In this document: positions 40,128 to 52,177 of the stretch, one piece after another
How positions within the stretch are numbered: position 1 is the stretch's first letter
Layout of the letters: the number at the start of each line of letters is the position of its first letter
Assembly (NCBI GenBank): GCA_963782115.1
Contig: CAWAIK010000004.1
Coordinates: 64,001 to 128,000, forward strand
Source of the DNA: an uncultured Verrucomicrobiae bacterium
GTDB taxonomy: Bacteria; Verrucomicrobiota; Verrucomicrobiia; Chthoniobacterales; JAFAMB01
Length of the DNA: 64,000 nt
Direction of reading: 5' to 3'
Notes under the pieces: generated by a model
What the model saw: only the letters and a program-made list of their open reading frames with translations
Databases searched by the model: none
Told to the model about the DNA's origin: nothing
Made by a program: the position numbers and the translations under genes

Positions 40128-41180
40128 TTAGCGGCTCGTGATCGACTCGTCATGCTTCAGGTTGTCCCGGAAGAACTTGGTCAATTTATCGAACGGGATG
40201 AGGTTCACGCGATCGTACAGATCCACATGGCCGGCACCGGGGACAATGACGAGTTCTTTGGGCTGGCCGGCAAGCTTGTAAGCCTCCTCGCTGAATTCAC
40301 GAGAGTGCGCGTTCTCACCCGCGATGAACAGCATGGGACGAGGCGAAATGGTCTCGATGTCGTTGAACGGATAGAAGTTCATGAACCTCACTTCAGCGGT
40401 GATCGGACGATTGGTCGTCAGGTACAGCGACGAGCCTTTCGGAACGTACTCACCGCGCGACGTCCGGTAGAAATCGAAGAACTCGCGCTCGATCGGGCCA
40501 GCGTCCGGCCTCAGCGTTTCGAGCATGCCATCAACATACTTCTTCTTCCCGCCCGTGAATTCCACGTAACGCTGTTCCGCAGCGGCAGCGAGGGCTTGCT
40601 TGCGCTGTTCAAGTGACTGTGAGTGATTGAGTCCGCTACGGTTGACACCACCCATGTCGTACATGCTGACCGTCGCAATGGCTTTCATGCGCGGGTCGAG
40701 CTTGGCCGCGCTGATGACGAAGCTGCCGCTGCCGCAAATACCGAGAACGCCAATCCGCTGCCGGTCAACGAACGGCCGGGTACCCAGGAAATCCACCGCG
40801 GCGCTGAAATCCTCGGCATAAACATCGGGCAAAACGGCGTTGCGAGGCTGGCCCTCGCTCTCGCCCCAGAACGACAAATCCAGCGACAAAGTGACGAATC
40901 CCTGCTCGGCCAGTTTTTGCGCATACAGATTCGCGCTTTGTTCCTTCACCGCTCCCATCGGATGGCCGACGATGATCGCGGAATTCTTGGCGTTCTGGTT
41001 CATGTCTTTGGGAATAAATAGATTCCCTACGACCTTCATTTGGTATTGGTTCTTGAAAGTGACCTTCTGCGCGATCAGCTTTTCGCTCTGGTAGAAGTTG
41101 TCTGCGCCATTGGACATGTCTTGACCCATTGCGGTGAATGAGCTGATCAGAAGGCCAAATGGTAGGATTAGCTTTTTCAT
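40128..41180 (-). CDS. Secreted alpha/beta hydrolase (YcjY-like)
   Basis: HPMGAVKEQ, GICGSG, GAGHVDLYD. Signal peptide MKKLILP. Confidence 0.88.
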   Translation of the reverse strand: MKKLILPFGLLISSFTAMGQDMSNGADNFYQSEKLIAQKVTFKNQYQMKVVGNLFIPKDMNQNAKNSAIIVGHPMGAVKEQSANLYAQKLAEQGFVTLSLDLSFWGESEGQPRNAVLPDVYAEDFSAAVDFLGTRPFVDRQRIGVLGICGSGSFVISAAKLDPRMKAIATVSMYDMGGVNRSGLNHSQSLEQRKQALAAAAEQRYVEFTGGKKKYVDGMLETLRPDAGPIEREFFDFYRTSRGEYVPKGSSLYLTTNRPITAEVRFMNFYPFNDIETISPRPMLFIAGENAHSREFSEEAYKLAGQPKELVIVPGAGHVDLYDRVNLIPFDKLTKFFRDNLKHDESITSR

Positions 41181-41253
41181 TGAACTTTCCTCATTTTGAT
41201 GACTAACTGGAAATCGACAGGGCACCTTTTTTGAGCGGTTGCGATCAACGCGT

Positions 41254-42282
41254 CTAGTGACGCACCGCCTCGTTCTCCGGCTCTGGTTGGTTCACGTGAC
41301 GGCACCGCCAACGGTAGGGTGAGACGCCTTCCTGGTGCTGGAAGGCGCGGAAGAACGAGTTGGCGTCGGCAAAGCCGAGCAGGTAAGCGACTTCGGTGAG
41401 TTCCAGGGATGTGTCCGTGAGGTAATGATGGGCCAACTCCTGACGGGCTTCCTGGAGCAGTTGTTGAAAGGTGACGCGCAGGCCGGTGAGCTGCCGCTGG
41501 AGCGTGCGGGTGCTCAAGCCCAGGGCGCGCGCCACGTCCTTGAGCGTGGGTCGTCTGCCGGCGAGCAGGCGCTTGGTGGCGGTTTTGACCTCGTCGATCA
41601 CATCGTGCCGAGATTGCGTCGCCGCCAGCTCCGCGTCCATCTGCGGGGTGATCAGGGCCAACAGTTCCGGATTGTGCGTGATGAACGGGCGGCTGAGATC
41701 GCTGGATCGGAACACCAGCGCGTTGCGCGCCGCGCCAAACTTGACGCGGCAGCGGAAGTGTTCCTCCAGCGCCTCGCGGTGGGCGGGCGGACGGGTCAAC
41801 TCGACGCGCAGGGGATAGAACCGCACGCCGGTGCCGCGCTGGCCGATGTCGAGGATCCACGCCAGGCACAGATCCACGAGGATGGGAGGCTCTGCGCGCC
41901 CACCCAGCAAAAACAAGAACTCCACGGCGCATTCGTCCCCCGCGCGGGTCAACCGTATTTCTTCCGGACACGTCAGCTTTTTATAGCGAGCGATGCGCTG
42001 GATGGCGTCCAGGAACGACTCGCTGTGCAACGCGGCAATGGTCTGCGGCGTGCCGCCATCAATGGAAAGATTCGGCCCGAGACGCAGGCCCACCGTCGGG
42101 TCGCCGCTTACCTCTGCGACCGCCCGCCAGAACCCGAACAACTCCTCGGTGGTCGCCAGGATTTTCTCCTGACGCAGCCAACCATCCCACAACCCGGCCC
42201 GTCGCAGCACCGCCAACTCCGGGATGCCATGATCTTTGAGCTGGCGCGCCACCAGGCGTGAGACACGGAAACGGTCGCTCAT
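41254..42282 (-). CDS. AraC-family regulator (VirS/OruR-type)
   Basis: LGLSTRTLQRQL...EVAYLLGFADANSFFRAF. Confidence 0.92.
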   Translation of the reverse strand: MSDRFRVSRLVARQLKDHGIPELAVLRRAGLWDGWLRQEKILATTEELFGFWRAVAEVSGDPTVGLRLGPNLSIDGGTPQTIAALHSESFLDAIQRIARYKKLTCPEEIRLTRAGDECAVEFLFLLGGRAEPPILVDLCLAWILDIGQRGTGVRFYPLRVELTRPPAHREALEEHFRCRVKFGAARNALVFRSSDLSRPFITHNPELLALITPQMDAELAATQSRHDVIDEVKTATKRLLAGRRPTLKDVARALGLSTRTLQRQLTGLRVTFQQLLQEARQELAHHYLTDTSLELTEVAYLLGFADANSFFRAFQHQEGVSPYRWRCRHVNQPEPENEAVRH

Positions 42283-42325
42283 ACGAATCGAAAGAGGATG
42301 CTGATAAGATTGTTTTTGAATGCTT

Positions 42326-43381
42326 TCAGCCTTTGAGCGAGACCATGTCGATGACGAAGCGGTACTTCACATCCTGCTTGAGCAGGCGCTCGTAGGCTTC
42401 GTTGATGTAGTCCATGTTGATCATTTCCACGTCCGGGACAACGCCGTGCTCACCGCAGAACTTGAGCATCTCCTGGGTTTCGGGGATGCCGCCGATGGCC
42501 GAGCCGGCGAAGTTGCGGCGCGGCAAGAGCAGGTTGAACACGCCCACGGGCAAAGGGGCGGGCGGCGCACCGACTTGGCAGAGCGTGCCGTCGAGCTTGA
42601 GCAAGGCGAGGTAGACATTGACGTCGTGCTCGGCGGAAACTGTGTCGAGGATGAAGTCGAAACTGGCGGCGTGCTTCTTCATCTCGTCTCCGTTCTTGGA
42701 AATGACCACCTCGTCGGCGCCGAGCTTCTTGCCGTCCTCCACCTTGCCGGGCGAGGTGGTGAAAAGGACCGTGTGCGCGCCGAACGCGTGGGCAAACTTG
42801 ACGCCCATGTGTCCGAGACCGCCCAGGCCGACTACGCCCACTTTCGAGCCGGAGCCGACTTTCCAGTGGCGCAGGGGCGAATAGGTCGTAATACCCGCGC
42901 AGAGCAGTGGCGCGACGGCTTTCAGCTCGAGGCTCTCAGGCACGTGGAGCACGAAGGCTTCCTCCACCACGACGGTGGCCGAGTAGCCGCCGAAAGTGTG
43001 ACCGCCGAGAACTTTGTCCGCGCCGTTGTAGGTGCCGGTAAGCCCCTCGATGCAGTACTGTTCCAGTCCCCGCTGACAGTTCACGCAGGTGCGACAGGAA
43101 TCGACCATACAGCCGACGGCGGCGAGATCGCCCGCCTTGAACTTCGTGACTTCGGGGCCGACTTCCGTCACCCGGCCCACGATCTCGTGGCCGGGTACGC
43201 AGGGGTATAAGGTGCCGGGCCATTCGCCACGCGCGGTGTGCAAGTCGGAGTGACAAACCCCGCAGTAAAGAATCTCGATGGCCACGTCGGTCGCCCCCGG
43301 GGCGCGCCGGGGAATGGTGAAAGGTGCCAGGCGCGAAGAGGCGCTCTGAGCCGCGTAGGCTCGGGTTTGCGTCGTGTTCAT
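42326..43381 (-). CDS. NAD(P)-dependent cinnamyl-alcohol-dehydrogenase-like Zn ADH
   Basis: GVCHSD, PGHEIVG, LCAGITTYSPL, GLGGLGH, KYRFVID. Confidence 0.95.
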   Translation of the reverse strand: MNTTQTRAYAAQSASSRLAPFTIPRRAPGATDVAIEILYCGVCHSDLHTARGEWPGTLYPCVPGHEIVGRVTEVGPEVTKFKAGDLAAVGCMVDSCRTCVNCQRGLEQYCIEGLTGTYNGADKVLGGHTFGGYSATVVVEEAFVLHVPESLELKAVAPLLCAGITTYSPLRHWKVGSGSKVGVVGLGGLGHMGVKFAHAFGAHTVLFTTSPGKVEDGKKLGADEVVISKNGDEMKKHAASFDFILDTVSAEHDVNVYLALLKLDGTLCQVGAPPAPLPVGVFNLLLPRRNFAGSAIGGIPETQEMLKFCGEHGVVPDVEMINMDYINEAYERLLKQDVKYRFVIDMVSLKG

Positions 43382-43419
43382 GCGATCCATCTTGCACCCA
43401 AGAGGGAGGGTTTGCATCA

Positions 43420-43879
<460 letters not shown>

Positions 43880-43991
43880 CACTTTCCTTTTATAGGTTGA
43901 CAGCGTCGTTGGGAAAGACGTCGGCCGCGAGCGGTGGCGCATCTATGGCGACCCGCCGCCATCGACCGTTAACCAATTAAGGAGAAAACCA

Positions 43992-44190
43992 ATGCAAAAG
44001 CGCAAACTTGGAAACAGCAACCTGGAAGTTTCTGCCATAGGCTTCGGCTGCATGGGGCTGAACGGCTTGCGACAGCGGCGCGCCCTGGATGTCGGTGGTG
44101 GTGAAGGCCTCGTCGATCTCGCGCAGATCTTCGATGGCGGCGACCGGCAGGTTGTCGTCGAGATGCTCCATTTTCGTGCCGTCGGGGATC
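43992..44190. pseudogene. Aldo/keto reductase: N-terminus (+) fused to inverted C-terminal fragment (-)
   Basis: + strand MQKRKLGNSNLEVSAIGFGCMG; - strand PIPDGTKMEHLDDNL...LREID. Confidence 0.75.
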
Positions 44191-44296
44191 GGCGCAATGT
44201 TGTAACTGATCGGCAAATCAGTCTGGCTCGGGATCGGGATGTGATAGAGCCGCGCGAGCTCTTCTTCGGATGTGTTCGACGGTATCGGCCGCACAT
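44190..44296 (-). pseudogene. SRAP N-terminal fragment
   Basis: MCGRY...SEEELARLYHIPIP...SYNIAP with one frameshift. Confidence 0.8.
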
Positions 44297-45244
44297 AAAG
44301 TTGGAAATGAATCACAAGTATGAAGGAATAAAAATCCCGAGGGTTAGGATAGCGGACGCATCGTCGAACGCGCTGTAATCGAATTTTGGAACGTCGTTTT
44401 TGGCGTTGATGGGCCAAGTCAGCCGCTTTTTGGCCTTTGGCCGGCTTGGGGCAATTACATTTTCGGACGGCAACGTCCGGATACGCGAGTCGAGGATATG
44501 TCGTAGTATTGGCGCTTTTTGCTGATGATGACCCTTCTGCGCCAGCTAACCTGGACCCACAAAATTCAAAGAATCGGAGCTGTCTACGATTTAAGTACAG
44601 CTCGACACACGGTAATAAGCGGCGCGTGTGTGCGCATTGCGGATCGGGACCGTAAAAAACTCGAAGAACTGTTTCCGAGTTGATGCGCCGGCGCGCATCA
44701 TAATGGTTGGACTCGCGGAGGAATATGATGGGGATGAGGATGATGGCTCGGGTGAGGTGCTTCGGCGTTTCCGGGAGTAACTTTGATCGCCACAAAGATA
44801 TCCTCCGGGGCTTTCGGGTTACTAGCAATCCCGGTGCCGTTGCCTGCGACGCCTCCCGAACTCACGACCACGCGGCCTTGGATAGGCTTGTAGAAATAGT
44901 TACAGGTAATCGTGTAAAAAACGGTTAGCAAACTATGGCTCCTATTTTGAAACTAAATATAATACCTATAAAAAGGATAGGGACAGGATACGCGAGCCCA
45001 TACAGGGTAAGAGGAGTCCACCTGCTGCCACTTTGTGTACGGACCGTTTGTGCTGAATTGATTATCTAGCGGCTCCGAGAATGTAGAAGTACGGCCTAGC
45101 CTATCCAGACGACTAACCATGTTAGTAAAAGAGGTGCTCTGATCATGAAACATGTCGTCGCGTGTTGAAGACCAGCTCTTCTGGGATGCTTTCTTCTCTT
45201 GTTTTGCTTAATAGCCCCTGTCGCGATCTGAGATCAGTAACGAA

Positions 45245-45880
45245 TCCTTTCCAAATGTCGAGTACGGTCGGCGGCGTCGGTGCGCACCAGCGGCAGGCGC
45301 GATAACTTGCCGGTTTTTCCGATAGAGGCCGGGAACAAAGGAGACTGCGGCTCCTTCTCTAAGCCGGTTGCTTTAAGCTACTGATCGAGAAGCTTTTCGA
45401 GTCTTGTGGTGCACGGGGACCTCTTTCTCTTTGCCGCCCTTTTCCTTGAAGCGGAGCAAAAAACCGTTTACCGGAAGGATAATAGTCTTCGACCTTCAGG
45501 TTCACGACGGCGACGATCCGGGCGAACGTGTAGGCGAGTACCCCGAGCAGAGCGCGACGGAGGCTGTTGTGCGTGAATGTCTCGACCGCGTCAAGAAGCG
45601 TTTGAACTTCAACCATCGACGAACGCCGGTGTTTTCCCTTCGGTTCGTGAAAATCTCTCGGTCTTGACTTCCCGGGCCGGATTCATGGCGAGCACGCCTT
45701 TTTCAGTGAGCCAGGAAAACATCATCCGCATGGCGTCCATGTGCTGTTTGACCGTGGACGGCGCGGACTGGCGCTTAGGATTTCGATATAAGCCGCGACC
45801 GTGATGGGTTCAATGTCTTCGAGGTGCTGGTAACCGGCGCGCTCTGATTAGGCTAAGACTGGCCGATTGCTCGATAATAA
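45245..45880 (-). pseudogene. Degraded tyrosine recombinase related to 17653..18648
   Basis: STVKQHM, NPAREVK, GKTPA, YTFARI..V.NLKVEDY, EKGGKE across frameshifts. Confidence 0.8.
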
Positions 45881-45919
45881 GCGGTCCATGGCCGGCGATA
45901 AGAATTGCATCATGGATTG

Positions 45920-47863
45920 TCATAGCCGACTTTTCTTCCAGTTTATCAATCCGCCAGCCATGTAGACATCGACCTGCCGGTCCGACAGACCATGACGCGC
46001 GAGGAATGTAAGTTTCCTTGTGAGGTCTTTCACGGGAATCGTCGGACCGGATTTGATCGCGGCGTGAATACTTTCCACCCGAATGATATCACCTTGCCCA
46101 ACGCGATCATAATCGGCCACATCCATGAAGATAAGAGGCAGAATGCCGAAATTCACGAGGTTTTGCCAGTGAATCCGTGCCACGCCCTTGGCGATGACCA
46201 GGTGTAAGCCAAGAGAACGCGGGGCTAGTGCGGCGTGCTCACGACTAGAACCCTGGCCGTAATTGCGTCCCCCCACGATGGCATGCCCGCCCTTAGCGCG
46301 GACCACCATGGCGCGATCGTGGTAGGTCCCATCGACGATGTCATACGAGAATTTCGCGATCTGCGCGATGTTGCTACGGAAGGGAAGAGCGCGTGCTCCT
46401 GCGGGAGAAATCGTATCGGTTGAGATGTTGTCGCCGAGCTTCAACAGGATCGGCAGCTCAAGGACATCTGGAGGCGGTGTTAAATCAGGCAGTGAGGCGA
46501 TGTTCGGCCCTTTCACGATCTTCACCTTGCGCGCCTCTTCAAGACCCAACGGTGGCAGGAGCATTTCTGTGTTGATGATGATGTTGTCCGGCTCGCTGAC
46601 GCGTGGATACTCAATCCCCAATGTAGCTGGATTCGTAATGACTCCCTTCAATGCCGATGCCGCAGCCGTTTCGGGGCTGACCAGACACACTTTGTCTTCG
46701 CGTGTACCCGATCGTCCCGGAAAATTTCGAGGGACTGTCCGTAAGCTGATCGTATCGGTCGCCGGGGCCTGGCCCATACCGATGCATCCGTTGCAACCCG
46801 CTTGATGGAGGCGCGCCCCCGCATGAATGAGCAGGCCGATATACCCGTCACGAATCAGATTCTCGAGAATCTGTCGCGATGATGGATTGATGTCCAAAGA
46901 GACCCGCGAGTGGACTGTCTTTCCGCGCACCATTTCGGCGACGATCGCGAAATCCCGGTAACCGGGATTGGCCGATGAGCCGATATAGGCCTGATAGACT
47001 TCAGTGCCGGCGACCTCACGCACAGACACGACATTGTCCGGATTTGAGGGCATCGCAATGAGCGGCTCAAGCTTGGACAAATCGATCTCGTCTTGAAGAT
47101 CATAGATTGCGTCAGGATCGGCTTTGAGTTCGATCCAATCCTGTTCGCGCTTCTGGCGTTTCAGGAAGCGGCGTACCTCGTCGTCCGAGGGAAATACCGA
47201 GGTGGTCGCACCAAGTTCTGCGCCCATGTTAGCGATAACATGGCGGTCCATCGCCGATAGGCATGTCAGTCCTGGTCCATAGTACTCGATGATTCTGCCT
47301 TTGCCGCCGTCGGTCTTGTGACGGCGCAGCATCTCCAGGATGACATCTTTGGCTGACACCCAATCGGGAAGCGTTCCCGTGAGTCTGATCCCCCACACCG
47401 ATGGCATTTCGACATAGAACGGCTCTCCCGCGATAGCCATAGCAACTTCCAAGCCGCCGGCGCCGATGGCGAGCATTCCGATCGCTCCTGCTGCCGGCGT
47501 ATGGCTGTCGGAACCGAGCATTATCTTCCCTGGCTTGCCGAATCGTTCCTGATGCACTGGATGGCTGACGCCATTGCCGGCCCGGCTATACCAGACCCCG
47601 AACCGCTGACATGCACTCAGAAGAAAAAGATGATCATCGGGATTTTTATAATCCTCCTGGATGAGATTATGGTCAATATACTGGCAGGACAGTTCCGTTC
47701 GCGCTCTGTCCAATCCCATCGACTCCAATTCGAGCATCACGAGCGTCCCGGTCGCATCCTGTGTGAGTGTCTGATCGATGTGAATACCGATCTCCTTCCC
47801 TGCCGTCATCCCGCCGGAGAGCAGGTGCGACTTGATGAGTTTCTGCGCAACACTCAGCCCCAT
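45920..47863 (-). CDS. Aconitate hydratase (short archaeal/Aquifex-like type)
   Basis: QDATG, DSHT, CNGCIG, RNFPGR, DNISTD, NYGQGSSREHA. Confidence 0.9.
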   Translation of the reverse strand: MGLSVAQKLIKSHLLSGGMTAGKEIGIHIDQTLTQDATGTLVMLELESMGLDRARTELSCQYIDHNLIQEDYKNPDDHLFLLSACQRFGVWYSRAGNGVSHPVHQERFGKPGKIMLGSDSHTPAAGAIGMLAIGAGGLEVAMAIAGEPFYVEMPSVWGIRLTGTLPDWVSAKDVILEMLRRHKTDGGKGRIIEYYGPGLTCLSAMDRHVIANMGAELGATTSVFPSDDEVRRFLKRQKREQDWIELKADPDAIYDLQDEIDLSKLEPLIAMPSNPDNVVSVREVAGTEVYQAYIGSSANPGYRDFAIVAEMVRGKTVHSRVSLDINPSSRQILENLIRDGYIGLLIHAGARLHQAGCNGCIGMGQAPATDTISLRTVPRNFPGRSGTREDKVCLVSPETAAASALKGVITNPATLGIEYPRVSEPDNIIINTEMLLPPLGLEEARKVKIVKGPNIASLPDLTPPPDVLELPILLKLGDNISTDTISPAGARALPFRSNIAQIAKFSYDIVDGTYHDRAMVVRAKGGHAIVGGRNYGQGSSREHAALAPRSLGLHLVIAKGVARIHWQNLVNFGILPLIFMDVADYDRVGQGDIIRVESIHAAIKSGPTIPVKDLTRKLTFLARHGLSDRQVDVYMAGGLINWKKSRL

Positions 47864-48163
47864 GTTGATATCCTGAGCTAAACAGGAAAATATACAAGAA
47901 TCGGCGGCAGATGCCAACGCCAGAGCAAACGTAGGCTTCAATCCCATTCAATTCAGATTTCGATCTGCACCGAAAAAACTTAACGGAGGTTTTCGGTTGA
48001 TATTCCGAGTTCCGGAATATTCCGAGTTGTCGATCGTAGCGATGTCCGGAGCCGATGAAAACAGGAGCGCAGAGTTATTAAGCTCGCAATATTCCTGTCA
48101 AGCAATTTGGCCTCAGCAGTACATGGAGCACACCACCGGAAGTTCAAATCCCTTTGGCTAACG

Positions 48164-49177
48164 CTAGCTTTCACCGGCAGCAATCACCAGGACGGGCGTG
48201 CCCTCTATGTTGCTGTGCTTCATGTCGCGCAGGGCACGATTGGCATCCGCCAAAGCGTAAGCCGTCGTGCGCGGCTGGACGTGGGCCTCGACGGCCTCGG
48301 CGAGGAGCGCCCGGGCGTCCTCGCGAGTATTGGCGGTTACGCTACGCAGTTCACGTTCCTGGTAGAGGTGCCGACCGTAGTCGAGGATCGGCACGTCACT
48401 GAGATGAATGCCGGCGATGGAGCAAGCCCCGCCGCGATCGAGCGCCTCCAATGTCGGCGGGACGAGCTTGCCAGACGGCGCGAAGAGCACTGCCCCATCG
48501 ACCTTGTCGGGTAGATCTCGGAAATCGGAGCCCGCCCACGCCGCGCCCAGCTCACGAGCCTGCCGGATGTGATTCTCGCCGCGCGTGACCACAGATACTT
48601 CATGCCCGCGGTGCAACGCGATCTGGATGACAATGTGCGCCGAACTGCCGAAGCCGACCAGCAGCAGCCGACCATTCTCCGGTACCGCGGCCCGTTGGAG
48701 CGCGCGGTAACCGATCAATCCACTGCACAGCAATGGCGAGACGTGTTCGTCATCTAGGCCTTCGGGCAACTCGTAAGCGAAGTCCTCAGGGACGACGGCA
48801 TATTCCGCGTATCCGCCATCGGCGTCATAACCGGTATAGCGCGAGTCGCGGCACAGATTTTCGCGTCCACGGCGGCAGAATCGGCAGGTGCCGTCCACAT
48901 GCCGCAGCCATGCGATGCCGATCCGCTGCCCGACCCGCAGGCGCGTCACACCGGCGCCGGTTTCATCCACTCGCCCGACAATCTGATGGCCAGGAATGAC
49001 CGGCATCTTGTGAAGGGCGAGATCGCCCTCAACGATGTGAATATCGGTGCGGCAGACCGCACAAACGCTCACTTTCACCCGGACCTGACCCCGCCCGGTC
49101 CGCGGCGCGTCCATTTCCTGCTGAGCCAGCGGCGACTCGTCCACACGCTTCTGTTGTATCAGGATCATCGCGCGCAT
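48164..49177 (-). CDS. Zinc-binding alcohol dehydrogenase family protein
   Basis: VCRTD, PGHQIVG, CRFCRRGRENLC. Confidence 0.92.
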   Translation of the reverse strand: MRAMILIQQKRVDESPLAQQEMDAPRTGRGQVRVKVSVCAVCRTDIHIVEGDLALHKMPVIPGHQIVGRVDETGAGVTRLRVGQRIGIAWLRHVDGTCRFCRRGRENLCRDSRYTGYDADGGYAEYAVVPEDFAYELPEGLDDEHVSPLLCSGLIGYRALQRAAVPENGRLLLVGFGSSAHIVIQIALHRGHEVSVVTRGENHIRQARELGAAWAGSDFRDLPDKVDGAVLFAPSGKLVPPTLEALDRGGACSIAGIHLSDVPILDYGRHLYQERELRSVTANTREDARALLAEAVEAHVQPRTTAYALADANRALRDMKHSNIEGTPVLVIAAGES

Positions 49178-49565
49178 AGTTGGTTAAATTCCCACAAAGG
49201 TAGCAAAACTCTCACGGGATTTTTCACAACCTTCTATGCTCGAAGAGCTTTTCTGCAATTCTGCAGCTCACGAAAATTGGCGCATGTTTTCTCGGCCCGA
49301 TTTTGGGGCTTAATACGCTCAAGAGGTTGGTAGCCCAAGGCTGAAGAATCGAGATAGTTGCTGAACACGAAGTTATTTTTGATCTTCTGGGGAAGGGTCA
49401 AGGGTGATGAGGCTAGACGTCCTTTGCGGGCCGCGTCCGGGCGACTCAGTGGGATCAGTTGCAACGGCATTGGTACCCAGGAATGGAGGAAACATGCGAT
49501 GCGAAGGGGGCGTAGCCCCCGGTTTTTCCCGGTCCCCGCTTCCGTCCTGAGCACGTGAAGGAGCG

Positions 49566-49912
49566 CTAGATCAGACGAGCAAATGATAGTTCATGGCCAT
49601 CAGGATCGGGCATATGGAAGTAACGTTCGCCCCACGAGGCATCCTGCGGATTCTCTGGATGAAAGCCTTTTTCCATGAGGTACGCCCAGAAACGGTCAAC
49701 ATCAGAAACGCGAAAAATCAGCCGCCCCCACTGGATACCAGCATTACCGTGTTCAAGGTTCAGAATCGTATCCCCGCCTTTGTGCGGAGTGAAGTGAAAT
49801 ATGAGCCTTCGCCGCCGTAGATGATCTCCAGTCCCAAAACATCTCTGTAGAAGCGAACGGATGCCCGCATGTTCGCAACCCGAAGGGTAACCGCAGAAAT
49901 CTTCTCAACCAT
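49566..49912 (-). pseudogene. VOC/glyoxalase family protein, one frameshift near 49770
   Basis: VTLRVANMRASVRFYRDVLG...WGERYFHMPDPDGHELSF. Confidence 0.8.
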
Positions 49913-50543
49913 AGATGTGCCTCCAAGGGAATGGCAGTACGTCCAGCATCGTTCTAGAAGGAGAGCGTCAAAAGGTTGGGGTAGGTACCAGCCATGCAAG
50001 GCATCGTGCAGCTCGTCAGTCGGCATTCGGGGGCGCACACTTGCTTATTACAGAAACAGGCCCGGCAGATTACCGCCGACTTCTTGACGCTCTCCCTCCT
50101 CCGGCTGCTCAGGCGACGCGAATCCGGTGCTCGCCGCCTAGAGCTGCCCCATTTAAGCTCTGACAAATCGGACAATATTATCACGTCGTGTCATCCGGGG
50201 GTATTTGTGTAGCCCGCAGGGCGAGGGCTTGTTCTTGTCTTCTTGTCGAGCGTAAGTCTCTACCGTTCTGCGACTTAAGGTGCTGGCGGAGCGCAGGATT
50301 TTCTGGACGTGTTCGACGTTAAATGAGATAGTCATAGCCGCCGCTTATTAAGCTCGTATCGGCACGCTTCATCGAATCTTCGTCGGCGATCTCCAGAGCG
50401 ATTCTCGAACCCATGGCTGCGCGCTTGAACAGGTTCGCAAAAACGTGGTTAGGCGCGAACGCTGACTCGCGCGGGTGCTTCTGGTTCGCCGTTCGCTGCG
50501 TTGGTTTGGCCAGGCAGTTCATTGTCATTTGGTTCGATCACAC

Positions 50544-50780
50544 TCAGCCTTCGCCATTGTTTCCGAAGGCTTCGACCGGACATCCTTCCATGGCTTCCTT
50601 GCACAGCGCCTCCTCCTCCGGGGTGGTTGGTTGCTTAAACACATAGGAGTAGCCGCCGTCGTCGCTGCGCGTGAAATTAGCGGGTGCGGTTTCCCGGCAC
50701 AGATCGCAGTCAATGCACTGGTCATCGCAGTAAAATTTTCCGGACACGTTTTCCGCGTATTTATTCGCAATGTCGGCCAT
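50544..50780 (-). CDS. Ferredoxin
   Basis: CIDCDLC...CP cluster motif. Confidence 0.92.
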   Translation of the reverse strand: MADIANKYAENVSGKFYCDDQCIDCDLCRETAPANFTRSDDGGYSYVFKQPTTPEEEALCKEAMEGCPVEAFGNNGEG

Positions 50781-51337
50781 CGATTCTCTTTCGTTTGATG
50801 CAGACGGAAATTCGATTAGAGCGGTTTCATGACACCCGGCTATTCTCGACCTGCGGACTTCTAAAGCTGCACTAATTCAGAAGGCTACTGAGGCGTGCGG
50901 CCTCATTCTCCGCAGGAAAACTAAATCGACAAGCGTGCTTTATTTCCCTTCCGAACGACCCATTGTAAGGCGTTTTGACACGCGAGGCAAAACTAGGGCT
51001 CGCTTCAGGGCGCCGCCGGCGCTGCGGCGCGAAGCGTCAGGCATTCAGAATGTCCTTGGAGCCTGGCGCGGCTTGATAGAAGATTGCTCCTGCTCTCCGC
51101 GTTAAAGCTGGCCGCGGGAAGTACACCTTTCTCGCTTCCGAGATCAACGGTCGAAGTAAGGTTACAGTTTCCCAACCAAAAACGAAATTGCTCGGTCGCA
51201 TCGCCGCGCACAATGAAGTGGTCCGTCACCTAACCTTAACCTACAAACCAAACGTAGGCAGCCGCCTACGGTGCAGACTGCAAGCACAGCGATCGAATAT
51301 CTTTTCGTATCTTCCAATTCGGGGCCGGGTTCAACTT

Positions 51338-51685
51338 CTAGCATGTAACGTGCAGGACCGCATTGGTCTCGTCTGGATTTTCCTGCAGCGCCTTGATAGC
51401 TTCGGTTGTCGGCAGTATGGCCAATCTGATTTTGCGGCGATGCGCTTCGCGTTTCACCTCTTCCATGACTGGCAAGGCCCCAGTGCCCGTACCGATCACA
51501 AGCTGCCGACACTTCCAGGGTATCTCCTCCTCTATCGAGAGCGGTGTATGCCCAAACCTGTCACGGAACTTTTTGGACGGTTTTTTCTTGCGCTTGCGGA
51601 TGCGGCCACGGTCGATCACGACGTCATAGCCGTAAGTCGTTCCGTCAATGCAGATCGAGCCAAACGAAAATGCTTCGAAACGCAT
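51338..51685 (-). CDS. Mth938-like domain protein
   Basis: FSFGSICIDG..Y..DVVI, LVIGTG, C-terminal HVTC. Confidence 0.8.
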   Translation of the reverse strand: MRFEAFSFGSICIDGTTYGYDVVIDRGRIRKRKKKPSKKFRDRFGHTPLSIEEEIPWKCRQLVIGTGTGALPVMEEVKREAHRRKIRLAILPTTEAIKALQENPDETNAVLHVTC

Positions 51686-52177
51686 GTGCACCTCTCATTT
51701 CTCGTATCGCTGTGTGATTACAGCTGCACCGCACTCAGGACTCGCAGAAACATCGACCTTCAACCGGTGGAAGCAAGTGATCTCACGACGCGCTTTTCTG
51801 TATGAGGTAAGGACAAATTTCGATGTATACATCCGATGAAATCGTTCGAGTAACGGAGACAAGCGCGCTCGTGGGGCAAAGAGAACGTTCTGCGTTTGCT
51901 CGGGCAAATGTCACGCTGCGCTATTGACCAAGTTTTTCGATCTCAGCTCATAACATCAGCCAACGGGTTCTAATCTAAAACAGCGGCTGACCCAAGAAGT
52001 TCAGTCTCGTCCCCCACTCTCGCCAGCGTGCCTCATCCACCTACGTGCAAAGGCCAGCAGGCGAATTCCGGCTTTTCCGCACAATGGACATGGTTTTCGA
52101 GAACATCGACGTCATATTTTCGAACTTTTGTGACTAAGCGATCGATTTTCTTCGGTCCAACCACCCTAAAAATGCTC

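Noticed and set aside
43977..44828. 283-aa - strand ORF
   Set aside because: Chance read-through across SRAP and AKR fragments.
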